NCBI GenBank assembly: GCA_002328415.1
Contig: DCXL01000004.1
Location: 32,311 to 96,310, forward strand
DNA: 64,000 nt
Source of the DNA: Micavibrio sp. UBA2137
GTDB lineage: Bacteria > Pseudomonadota > Alphaproteobacteria > Micavibrionales > Micavibrionaceae
Reading direction: 5' to 3'
Shown here in pieces: positions 36,820-45,950 of this stretch (the stretch's first letter is position 1; every line of letters begins with the position of its first letter). The translations under genes and the position numbers were made by a program. The notes under the pieces are model-generated. The model was not told where the DNA came from, did no database searches, and worked only from the letters and a program-made list of their open reading frames with translations.

Positions 36820-37587
36820 ATGGCATACTCCAAAATCGTGATTTCAATTTCTGCATGTATTCTTTTTCTAGGAAGCACTTTCCATGCTTATGCTCAAAAT
36901 GCGCCTGATCCCGAAGGGGTTCCTATTGTGGATGTATTAGAGACTTTTGCCGATATTCAGGAGCCGCAGGGTGTTGAAAACGAAAATGCAAACACAGAAA
37001 CTGATTCAGTAACCGTGGAGGAAAACGCACAAGAAGGTAGTCTTGCTGTCGGTGTATCTGTTCCCGATTATAACGTTGATGAAATTGTACCCACCGAAAT
37101 GATTGTAATGCGCCTCGTTGAAGATGAAGTGCGGGAATATTACAAGGAAGATATTGTTGAAGCACCTGACTTTCCATCATTGATGTTTTTGCCAGAAAAC
37201 TATGCTCTATTGCGTGCTGCAATTTCACGTTTCCCACGAAAGAAAACGGCAGAAGAAATAGCTGATGAGGGCCCACAGTTGCCTGATGAGCAAACTGATG
37301 ACCCGACAGCCACTGGTGACGACGGTATTAATGTTGAAGTTATTGAGTACGAGCGCAATGTCTCTTTAGGTGGCATATTATTTTACAACGAGAGTAACTG
37401 GATTATCTGGTTGAACGAAAAGCGCGTTACGCCAAAGGCGTTGCCAGAGGAAATAACAGATATCAGTGTTGAAAAAGGCGCTGTCAAATTGAAGTGGTTA
37501 GATAAGAAAACAAACACAGTTTATCCGATAAGGCTTAAGCCAAATCAAACGTTTAATCTGGATGCGCGCGTCTTTTTGCCGGGGTAG
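36820..37587 (+). CDS. Exported PilP/MshK-like protein
   Basis: Signal peptide MAYSKIVISISACILFLGSTFHAYA from the ATG at 36820. Acidic linker, then a C-terminal beta-rich segment (VSLGGILFYNESNWIIWLNEKRV...ISVEKGAVKLKW). Confidence 0.35.
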   Translation: MAYSKIVISISACILFLGSTFHAYAQNAPDPEGVPIVDVLETFADIQEPQGVENENANTETDSVTVEENAQEGSLAVGVSVPDYNVDEIVPTEMIVMRLVEDEVREYYKEDIVEAPDFPSLMFLPENYALLRAAISRFPRKKTAEEIADEGPQLPDEQTDDPTATGDDGINVEVIEYERNVSLGGILFYNESNWIIWLNEKRVTPKALPEEITDISVEKGAVKLKWLDKKTNTVYPIRLKPNQTFNLDARVFLPG

Positions 37588-37592
37588 ATTCT

Positions 37593-38342
37593 ATGAGCGC
37601 AGTCAAAAAAACCCTTCCAGCAGAGCAAGTTAGTCCTCTCTCATTTGAAAATATAAGTGTTGGCTATGGGGCGTTTCGGGTTGCTTCTGATGTAAATATC
37701 ACCTTGAAATCAGGCCATATCCACGGACTTATCGGTTTAAACGGTGTTGGAAAAACGACGTTGATTAAAACGCTTCTGGGGCTACGCGATCCACAAGAGG
37801 GGCATATAAGCATTTTTGGCGAAACGTGCGGGACGTTAAAAGCAAAGAAAAAAATTTCCTATTTGCCAGAGCGTTTTGATCCGCCTTGGTTTTTGACGGG
37901 GCTAGAATTTGTTCGCTTTTCAGCAAAGCTTTATAACGCAACAATTTCGGATAAAGATATTTTTGAGATGGCCGAAAAGCTGTCTCTTGATACACATTTT
38001 TTAAGTCAAAAAGCGCAAAGCTATTCCAAGGGTATGCGGCAAAAGTTGGGGTTGATAGCAACTGTGTTGATGCCAGCTAAGCTTCTTATTTTGGATGAGC
38101 CCATGTCAGGTCTTGACCCGCTTGCACGTGTACAGGTGAAGGATGTGTTGGAGGCCTGCCGTGATGCAGGAAAGACAATATTTCTTTCAAGTCATATTTT
38201 GGCTGACCTTGATGAGATGTGTGAAGACATATCAATTCTGCATGGGGGCGCGATTGTTTATTCTGGTTCTCCAGAAGCACTTCGCAAGAAAACAAAAGAA
38301 AAGTCTCTGGAAAGAGCATTTCTGAAGTCGATTGCATCATAG
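37593..38342 (+). CDS. ABC transporter ATP-binding protein embedded in the pilus cluster
   Basis: 249 aa. Walker A GLNGVGKTT, signature YSKGMRQKLGL, Walker B LLILDEPMSGLD, H-loop SSH. Confidence 0.9.
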   Translation: MSAVKKTLPAEQVSPLSFENISVGYGAFRVASDVNITLKSGHIHGLIGLNGVGKTTLIKTLLGLRDPQEGHISIFGETCGTLKAKKKISYLPERFDPPWFLTGLEFVRFSAKLYNATISDKDIFEMAEKLSLDTHFLSQKAQSYSKGMRQKLGLIATVLMPAKLLILDEPMSGLDPLARVQVKDVLEACRDAGKTIFLSSHILADLDEMCEDISILHGGAIVYSGSPEALRKKTKEKSLERAFLKSIAS

Positions 38343-38367
38343 AAGATAAACAGGATAAGATAAAAAT

Positions 38368-39945
38368 ATGAGCGATAACCAAGATAATACGCAAAAACCA
38401 ATCATAGAGGGTGGGGTTCCCGAAAATGACTCGCCTGAGATGTCTTATGATAGTGATATGGAATTAAATGCCATTGATGCAAACGACATAGAGGACGTCT
38501 ATGAAGATACACAAGATTTCGATGGGCAAGATATTGGTGACTACGACAGGCCCCCACCGCAATATGGCTTTGATGAACATCGCAGTAATTCAAAACTCAT
38601 ACTGATTGTAGTTCTGGTGCTGGCAGTTCTCGGGTTTGGTGGCTTTTATTTCATGACAACGAGCTCTGATACAGAAATCATGGCGAGTATGCCAGTTCAA
38701 GGGCCAACACCTGATGCGCAAGCCTCTGTTGAGGAACAAGAGCAAGCCCCTCAAATTATCGAGGCGCAAGCTTTGCCAACAGATGATATGATTATCCCTG
38801 CGAGTGAAACGACAGAGGCCGATGAGGCGCTGGCTGTTGTAACTGAGGGGCAGGATATTGTTCTGGTAGAACAGGCAGATGTAAATGATGAAGGTGCATC
38901 AATTATTGACAGCATGCCAGATGAAGTTGGCCTTCCAGATATTGCGTCTGATGCACCTGAAAATGATGAAGTTCTTGAAGATGATATGACATTGGAAGCA
39001 CTTGTTGAAAGTTATGACGAGGCTGAAATTGATGCTGAAGCACCTGAAGTGGTTGCTAACACAGTCCTAGATGATAATGATGTTCCATCCGAGACAAGTC
39101 TTGCTGAGCCTGTTACTGAAACGGAAGATGAAACAACTGAAGCAGTTGTCGAAAGTGCAGAAACGCCAGTACAAGATGACCAGGTGGCTGAAACGATTGC
39201 CACTCGTGAGCCAGAAAACCTTGCGAGCGAGACGTATTTCGATGCGGACACGGATGTAACATATAACAGTGCCTCTGGCGTTGGTGATAAGGGTGACTAT
39301 GAGATTAAAGACCCCAAACGTGACTATTACGCACAATTCATCACGGTTAGTCAGCCAGCAAGTAATGTGATTACAACGGATAATCATTCTGATGATCTGG
39401 CGCGTGCGCAACGCGCTTTGGCGCTTAATAGGCCAGATGCAGCCATAGAGTTTTATGATCGTCTGTATGCGAAAAACAAACGTGACATGCGTATATTGAT
39501 GGGACGCGCCAATACGCTTCAAGTCTTGGGACGAAATGTTGAGGCGATTGAGGCCTACGAGGAAATTCTTGATCTTGACCCAAATAATACTGGAGCAGTT
39601 GTAAATCTGATGAGCCTTGTGCAGTCACAAAACCCACAAGGGGCGGTTCAAAGGTTGATGGCACTGCAGGAGCGCTATCCAACTAATGCAGGGGTGGCGG
39701 CGCAGCTGGGTCTAGCTTTTGCACAGATTAACCGTTACGATGATGCACTCAAATATTTAAGTAGGGCGCAATCGCTTTCTCCTGATAACGCATTGTTTTC
39801 GTTTAATAAAGCGGTCATCTATGACCGAATGGGTAACACGTCACAGGCCATTTTGATGTATGAGAAGGCTCTTGAACAAGATGCGGTCTATGGGGGTAAT
39901 ATTTCACGTGAGGCAATTTACGACAGGTTAGCAATCTTGCGCTAA
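38368..39945 (+). CDS. Bitopic membrane protein with a long acidic linker and C-terminal TPR repeats (MshN/FimV-like role possible)
   Basis: 525 aa. TM LILIVVLVLAVLGFGGFYF, ~200 aa D/E/T/V-rich low complexity, then several TPR-like repeats (AIEFYDRLY..., AIEAYEEILDLDPNN, ALKYLSRAQSLSPDN, AILMYEKALEQD). Confidence 0.7.
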   Translation: MSDNQDNTQKPIIEGGVPENDSPEMSYDSDMELNAIDANDIEDVYEDTQDFDGQDIGDYDRPPPQYGFDEHRSNSKLILIVVLVLAVLGFGGFYFMTTSSDTEIMASMPVQGPTPDAQASVEEQEQAPQIIEAQALPTDDMIIPASETTEADEALAVVTEGQDIVLVEQADVNDEGASIIDSMPDEVGLPDIASDAPENDEVLEDDMTLEALVESYDEAEIDAEAPEVVANTVLDDNDVPSETSLAEPVTETEDETTEAVVESAETPVQDDQVAETIATREPENLASETYFDADTDVTYNSASGVGDKGDYEIKDPKRDYYAQFITVSQPASNVITTDNHSDDLARAQRALALNRPDAAIEFYDRLYAKNKRDMRILMGRANTLQVLGRNVEAIEAYEEILDLDPNNTGAVVNLMSLVQSQNPQGAVQRLMALQERYPTNAGVAAQLGLAFAQINRYDDALKYLSRAQSLSPDNALFSFNKAVIYDRMGNTSQAILMYEKALEQDAVYGGNISREAIYDRLAILR

Positions 39946-39957
39946 AGAAAGTTTCCC

Positions 39958-40740
39958 ATGAGTACATATATGGGCGTTTCTCTCATATTTTTCTTTTACG
40001 GGCTATTAGGTCTATTTACTGGCGCTGTACTTGGCAGTTTTTCTGCGGCCTTTGTTTACAGGCAAGCGCATCAGATATCCATTTTTAAAGATAAAAATAA
40101 AAAATTTTCACGCTCGAAGTGTGCCTCTTGCAAACATGTTCTGGCATTAAAGGACCTTGTCCCAGTCTTGTCATGGATAAACTTGCGCGGAAAATGTCGC
40201 TATTGTCAGGCACGGATTTCCAGTCTTTATCCTATAATTGAAGCTGTAAGTATGTTTTATGCTGTTTTTATCCTCTTTGCTTGGGATATTAGCGTTTTAT
40301 CACTCATCTATTTGGTTGCATTGCCTCTTTGTTGGGTGCTTATCATCAATGGGGCTCGTAATGCGACATACTCATTGGGTGTTATTGCCTGTTTTGTAAT
40401 TTTAGCTTTGGTTTACGCAGTTTTGAAGCCACTCTTGATAACAACTGTGCTGTGGGCCTTTGGATTATCGCTTTGTGTAGCGTTATTGCTTAAGGTATTT
40501 ACGCGGCACTGGGCCTTGAAAGAAAGTGCCTTTTTTGCGGCATTGATTGTAATGACTGGCGCAACGCTTTTGCCGCTTGCACTTCTTGTCTTGGCGCTGT
40601 TTATGCTGGGAGTGCGTAAGGTCAGGCCAGATGTTTTGCTGGAAGGGTGTTTTATTTCAGCAACCGCCTCCAGTTTTATTTTCATAACTTTGGTGCAAGG
40701 CGCTATGAATATTTATGACTTATTATCAAGTATTTATTAA
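39958..40740 (+). CDS. Prepilin peptidase homolog (A24 family) lacking recognisable catalytic aspartates
   Basis: 260 aa. The N-terminal domain aligns with PilD (GAVLGSFSAAFVYR, CASCKHVL...DLVPVLSW...GKCRYCQARISSLYPIIE). The polytopic C-domain has no (I/L)D...LPD motif and no GxGD(F/V)KL motif. Confidence 0.65.
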   Translation: MSTYMGVSLIFFFYGLLGLFTGAVLGSFSAAFVYRQAHQISIFKDKNKKFSRSKCASCKHVLALKDLVPVLSWINLRGKCRYCQARISSLYPIIEAVSMFYAVFILFAWDISVLSLIYLVALPLCWVLIINGARNATYSLGVIACFVILALVYAVLKPLLITTVLWAFGLSLCVALLLKVFTRHWALKESAFFAALIVMTGATLLPLALLVLALFMLGVRKVRPDVLLEGCFISATASSFIFITLVQGAMNIYDLLSSIY

Positions 40741-40821
40741 CACTTGAGCACTAAACTAACCTCTATAAATTCCGTTTCGGAATTGCTACACTGAAAAGAG
40801 AGACAAAGGAGGGACTTTTCC

Positions 40822-41979
40822 GTGGATATTACTCAATTACTTGCATTTGTGATGCAAAATGATGCGTCTGATTTGCATCTTAGCCCCGAAAACCCTCCGA
40901 TTGTGCGTGTTCATGGGAAATTGAAGCGCGTGAAATCCGATATATTGGAATCAGATCAGATTAGAAAAATGCTCTATTCCATTATGACGGAGGATCAGCG
41001 TGCGGCCTATGAAAACGATATGGAGCTTGATTTTGCGATTTCCTTTGGTGAAAAGGCGCGTTTCCGTGTGAATGCCTTTACTACCCGTAAAGGGGTGACG
41101 GCCGTTTTACGTACAATTCCCTCCGAAATTCCAACAATGGATGAAATTGATCTGCCAATGGTTATTCGCCGTTTTGCAGATTTGGAGCAGGGAATTGTTC
41201 TTGTAACAGGCGCAACAGGATCGGGTAAATCGACAACGCTTGCGTCCTTGATTAACCATATCAATAAAACACAGCAGAAACATATCCTAACTATTGAAGA
41301 CCCAGTCGAATTTTTCCATCACTCTGACAAAAGTTTGATTAACCACCGTGAATTGAATGTTGATACTAAATCCTATGCTAAAGCTTTGAAAAGCGCTCTT
41401 CGTGAAGACCCTGATGTTATTCTTATCGGGGAGATGCGGGACCACGAAACAATTTCACTTGCGCTGACTGCCGCAGAAACGGGGCACTTGGTGTTTGGAA
41501 CATTGCACGCTAATTCGGCCTCGAAAACAATTGACCGTATTATTGACGTGTTCCCAGGGAGTGAGAAGGACATGGTTCGCGCCATGCTTGCAGGATCACT
41601 TCAGGGCGTTGTCGCGCAAAAGCTTCTACGCCGTAAAGAGGGTGGGCGTGTTGGTGTGCATGAGGTGCTGGTTGGAACTGGTGCGGTGCGTAACCTTATT
41701 CGCGAAAACCAACTGCCACAGCTTTATTCTATGATGCAAACAGGCTCGCGTTATGGGATGACGACAATGGAAGATTCGGCACAAAGCCTATATGAAGATG
41801 GGATTATTTCGAAGGAAGAAGCTAATCGTGTATTGCGAAAAGCCGCTGATGAAGATGATGCAGGAATCACGCGTGAAGAGGGTGAGGTTGCAGCTTCTCT
41901 TGGTGGTCGCGCACTTGAAGATACGTCTCAGAAGTTCGGCGGTAAAGAACAAGATAGTGAGGATGATTACAGCTTTTGA
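40822..41979 (+). CDS. pilT: Twitching-motility (retraction) ATPase PilT, with a ~40-aa acidic C-terminal tail
   Basis: 385 aa. ASDLHL, Walker A GATGSGKST, TIEDPVEF, GEMRD, AAETGHLVFGTLH. GTG start with an AAAGGAGGG RBS. Confidence 0.9.
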   Translation: MDITQLLAFVMQNDASDLHLSPENPPIVRVHGKLKRVKSDILESDQIRKMLYSIMTEDQRAAYENDMELDFAISFGEKARFRVNAFTTRKGVTAVLRTIPSEIPTMDEIDLPMVIRRFADLEQGIVLVTGATGSGKSTTLASLINHINKTQQKHILTIEDPVEFFHHSDKSLINHRELNVDTKSYAKALKSALREDPDVILIGEMRDHETISLALTAAETGHLVFGTLHANSASKTIDRIIDVFPGSEKDMVRAMLAGSLQGVVAQKLLRRKEGGRVGVHEVLVGTGAVRNLIRENQLPQLYSMMQTGSRYGMTTMEDSAQSLYEDGIISKEEANRVLRKAADEDDAGITREEGEVAASLGGRALEDTSQKFGGKEQDSEDDYSF

Positions 41980-43106
41980 TACAGGACATCCTCACATATT
42001 TTGATGCAATGATTGACACAGAAGCCTCGGATCTTTATCTCACGGCGGGGTCGCGTCCGACCATGCGTGTGGATGATGCACTTCAAACGATAGGCGAAAC
42101 AAGCCTTGCTGAAAAAGATATTCAAAATATTATTTCATCTCTTCTGTCTCTTCGTCAGGTGCGAGAGTTTGAGATGAATAAGGAGTTGAATACAGCCGTC
42201 GATGCAGGAGAGAAGGGGCGCTATCGTATTAATGTGATGCAACAGCGTCAAAAGCCAGCACTGGTTATTCGCCGTATTGTAACAAAAATTCCTGATTTTG
42301 AAGCGTTGCGTTTACCAGCCATTTCGGAAAAGCTAGCCTTGATGAAGCAAGGTTTAGTTTTGTTCACAGGGATGACAGGTTCTGGTAAATCAACATCTCT
42401 TGCCTCTATTCTGGATTATAGAAACACACATCGTGCAGGGCATATCATTACTATCGAAGATCCAATTGAGTTCTTTCATGAACATAAGCAATCAGTCATT
42501 ACGCAGCGCGAAGTAGGCGTGGATACCGAAAGTTATGAGGCAGCACTTAAGAATGTACTGAGGCAACGCCCTGATGTCATTATGATTGGTGAAATTCGCT
42601 CACGTGAAGTTATGGAGCAAGCTTTGACAGCTGCGGAGACTGGGCACTTATGCTTTGCAACATTGCACACGAATAACACTTATCAGGCCATTGACCGCAT
42701 CGTAAATTTCTTTCCAGAAGAACTACAAAGTCAGATTTGCCTGAACCTGTCTCTTAATTTACGCGCCATCGTATCGCAGCGTCTTATTCCATCCCTTCAA
42801 GGTGGTTTAGCGCTTGCCTCGGAGGTTCTTCTGAATGAGGGGTATATCAAAACACTTATTCATGAAGGCAAGATCAAAGAAATCCTGGGTGTCATGTCGA
42901 AGAACAGTGTGCAAGGCATGCAAACTTTTGACGGTTCGCTGCTCGAGCTTTACCGAGAAGGCGTTATTTCTGAAGAAAGCGCGCTAACTTTTGCCGATAT
43001 ACCAGGCGACCTGAAGGTTAAACTTAAAGAATCAGGCATGAAAAGTACGGATGAAGGCTCTGGCTTGGGTGCAATTGATACAACATTGCTTTCTATTTCT
43101 GAATAA
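41976..43106 (+). CDS. pilU: PilT-family ATPase paralog (PilU-like)
   Basis: 376 aa. ASDLYL, GMTGSGKST, TIEDPIEF, GEIRS, AAETGHLCFATLH. TTG start overlapping the pilT stop (TTGA). Confidence 0.85.
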   Translation: MIQDILTYFDAMIDTEASDLYLTAGSRPTMRVDDALQTIGETSLAEKDIQNIISSLLSLRQVREFEMNKELNTAVDAGEKGRYRINVMQQRQKPALVIRRIVTKIPDFEALRLPAISEKLALMKQGLVLFTGMTGSGKSTSLASILDYRNTHRAGHIITIEDPIEFFHEHKQSVITQREVGVDTESYEAALKNVLRQRPDVIMIGEIRSREVMEQALTAAETGHLCFATLHTNNTYQAIDRIVNFFPEELQSQICLNLSLNLRAIVSQRLIPSLQGGLALASEVLLNEGYIKTLIHEGKIKEILGVMSKNSVQGMQTFDGSLLELYREGVISEESALTFADIPGDLKVKLKESGMKSTDEGSGLGAIDTTLLSISE

Positions 43107-43203
43107 GCCCATGATAGAGACCCTCAACCCCTTGCACTCATATCTGTAAACAGGCATTATATTGGAGTGATTCACTGCGAGTCATGCCTTATATTCGTCT
43201 TTC

Positions 43204-45180
43204 ATGAAAGGTCTTGCGTCCGCAATGTTGTTTTCTAAAGCTTTCAAAAAATCTGTTCCTTTGGCAGTCGCTGTTGCGTTGTTGAGCACATCGGCCTTTT
43301 CACTAACTGGCTGTGACTTGACGCAAAACCATCTGAAAATTGATCGTGAAAAAAACATGGACAGACAGGATTACCGTGATGCGCTTGCGTCACGTGATCC
43401 GAATTTAGAAGAGTTTGTCGAATTTGATGACTCCATTCCTGCGCTTCAGCCTTACGTTGAAGAAGTCAGCATGAACGCGCGTCCGATCCCGCTTGTCTCT
43501 GTTTCTGTTAATCAGACAATCCCTCTACGTGATGTCTTATTTGAGTTGGCTGATCAGGCAGGCTATGACCTTGAACTGGATCCACGCATTTCGGGGTCAA
43601 TTATTTTCTCTGCGCGCAACAAACCTTTTGATGTTGTGATTGACAGGATCTCTGATATAGCAGGTTTACGCTATAAATTTGATGATGACAGCCTGCGCGT
43701 TGAATTGGATACACCGTACAGCAAAAGTTATAAAATTGATTATCTAACTGTTATTCGTACAACTGCGAGCACAATGTCGAATAATATTTCTGTTGTAACG
43801 GGTGAGGGCGCCGACACTGGATCTGCCTTTAATATTACAAGTAACTCCGAAGCGGACTTCTGGGGCGAGCTTGAAACAAACCTGACACAGATATTGGAAT
43901 CAAATGCGAGCCGTGGTTTCTTAAGAACTGGATCCGACCCAATTATTGAGGTTGTGGAGAGTAATGCTCCCGGTGGCCCCGCAACAGTTGATATTCCAGT
44001 CGAGCAGTTGACGGATGCACAGGTTAATGACGAGCCGTCTATCGTAGAAGAAGGTACAGAGCCACAGCTTGATGAAAACGGTGTCCCACTTCCAACACCG
44101 GGTCAGGATACATCGACACCACCTGTTGTTCAGCCGAGAAACACAATTTTACAGGTTACGTCATCGCCCGCTGCGACACCAACTGGTGCAGATGGTGAAG
44201 CAAATGAGGTTAATTTCACACCCTCTTTTTCAATTAACAGACAGGCTGGCCTCGTATCTGTTTACGCTAATGAACGCATCCACAAGGAAGTCGCTGATTA
44301 TCTTGGTGAATTGAAGAAATCGCTCACTTCGCAAGTCCTTATTGAGGCGAAAGTTCTCGAAGTGTCTTTAAGTGATGAATTTTCGACTGGTATTGATTGG
44401 GCAAAATTAGGGGATTTCATTAGTCCTGAACTGTCTCTTGCGTTTGGTACAACAGGAGCGGGTTCTCGCCCCGCGCTAACACCTGTTGCAGGCAGTGATT
44501 TTGTTGCTGGTTATGTCGGTAGCGACTTAGGCGCGGTTGTTCAGGCCATCTCGCGTTTTGGAACGGTCTCAGCCTTGGCTAGTCCACGTATGACGGTACT
44601 TAATAATCAGGCTGCAGCCTTGAATGTGGCTCAAAATTCAGTTTATTTCGAAATTGAAATTGATGTGACGACTGAAGAGGGCGTTACACAGACAGATATT
44701 GATAGTGATATTCGTAACGTACCAGAAGGTGTTTTGATTAACGTGCTTCCAACAATTAATCCTGATACGGGCTCGATTACCATGCAGGTGCGCCCGACGG
44801 TCACGCGCATTGTTAACCGTGTCGAGGATCCCGCAGTTGCCTTTGTAGCGGCGCAGGCTGATATTGAGGGTATTTCATCACAGGTGCCTGAATTGAATGT
44901 GCAGGAAATTGACTCTATCCTTTCTATGCAATCAGGCGAGGTTGCTGTTCTTGGTGGTCTTATCCAGGACCGCGTTGAAAGTCAGCAAGAAAGCATTCCT
45001 GTATTAGGTGAGGTTCCTGTTATCGGTGCTGCTTTCCGCAATCAAGCAGATAATATTCAAAAAACAGAATTGGTTATTTTCTTGAAGGCAACAATAGTGG
45101 ATGCGCCAAGTACAGTAAGTCAAACTGATAAAGAGCTGTACAGAACGTTTTCACAAGACAGACGCCCCTTGAAATTCTAA
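43204..45180 (+). CDS. Lipoprotein secretin (PilQ/MshL-like)
   Basis: 658 aa. Lipobox SLTG-C, N-domains, and a C-terminal secretin domain (LASPRMTVLNNQAAALNV...IPVLGEVPVIGAAFRNQ...ELVIFLKATIV). Confidence 0.85.
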   Translation: MKGLASAMLFSKAFKKSVPLAVAVALLSTSAFSLTGCDLTQNHLKIDREKNMDRQDYRDALASRDPNLEEFVEFDDSIPALQPYVEEVSMNARPIPLVSVSVNQTIPLRDVLFELADQAGYDLELDPRISGSIIFSARNKPFDVVIDRISDIAGLRYKFDDDSLRVELDTPYSKSYKIDYLTVIRTTASTMSNNISVVTGEGADTGSAFNITSNSEADFWGELETNLTQILESNASRGFLRTGSDPIIEVVESNAPGGPATVDIPVEQLTDAQVNDEPSIVEEGTEPQLDENGVPLPTPGQDTSTPPVVQPRNTILQVTSSPAATPTGADGEANEVNFTPSFSINRQAGLVSVYANERIHKEVADYLGELKKSLTSQVLIEAKVLEVSLSDEFSTGIDWAKLGDFISPELSLAFGTTGAGSRPALTPVAGSDFVAGYVGSDLGAVVQAISRFGTVSALASPRMTVLNNQAAALNVAQNSVYFEIEIDVTTEEGVTQTDIDSDIRNVPEGVLINVLPTINPDTGSITMQVRPTVTRIVNRVEDPAVAFVAAQADIEGISSQVPELNVQEIDSILSMQSGEVAVLGGLIQDRVESQQESIPVLGEVPVIGAAFRNQADNIQKTELVIFLKATIVDAPSTVSQTDKELYRTFSQDRRPLKF

Positions 45181-45941
45181 TGACACTTCTTGTCCGATAT
45201 GTCTTAACAGCTTGCATACGTGACAAGGTTTTTCTGTCTATGATTGTGGCTTCGGCCGTAGCTGTTTCATTATCTGTTTTTCTGGGATCGACAGCAATCG
45301 TGGAACAAGATCAATTTGTGATTGTTTTCGCCGCATCTAGCCTGCGCTTTCTTCTCATTATGGGAATTACACTGTTTATTGTGTTTTATACCCGTCGAAC
45401 GGTCGAACAGCGTGATTTGGATTATTTGATTACACGCCCTATTACGCGACGAGACTATATCGTGGCACATACCGCAAGCTTTGCAATAATTAGTCTGCTT
45501 TTGTCTTCTGTGATTTTTACTGTGATAGGCTTGATAGGAAAAGGCTATTTTAACGCGGGGTATATCCTATGGGGCATAAGCCTTTTCTTCGAAATGGTGA
45601 TTGTTGCGAGTGCGGCCTTCTTCTTTTCCATGGTTTTGCGCTCAGCTGTTTCGGCGGTTTTATCTACTTTTGCATTATACGCTTTGGCGCGTCTTATCGG
45701 GCAAATTATTGGGATAGCCGTTAGTCCTGACATTGCGGCACAATATCCATTTTTTGCAAATACCATGACAACAGTCTCTCTCTTCGTGCCACGTTTAGAT
45801 TTATTTGCACAATCGTCATGGCTTCTCTATGGAACGGACAAATTCGGATTTTTATCTATTCTTGTATTTGTGCAGGGTGTTATTTTTACAGCGCTCCTTA
45901 CAGTTATGACGCTTATCGATCTGCATAAAAAAGAATTTTAG
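45180..45941 (+). CDS. Polytopic membrane protein, ABC-2-type permease-like
   Basis: 253 aa with ~6 predicted TM helices. The start overlaps the secretin stop (TAATG). Probable partner of the ABC ATPase at 37593-38342. Confidence 0.5.
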   Translation: MTLLVRYVLTACIRDKVFLSMIVASAVAVSLSVFLGSTAIVEQDQFVIVFAASSLRFLLIMGITLFIVFYTRRTVEQRDLDYLITRPITRRDYIVAHTASFAIISLLLSSVIFTVIGLIGKGYFNAGYILWGISLFFEMVIVASAAFFFSMVLRSAVSAVLSTFALYALARLIGQIIGIAVSPDIAAQYPFFANTMTTVSLFVPRLDLFAQSSWLLYGTDKFGFLSILVFVQGVIFTALLTVMTLIDLHKKEF

Positions 45942-45950
45942 AGGAGAAAC

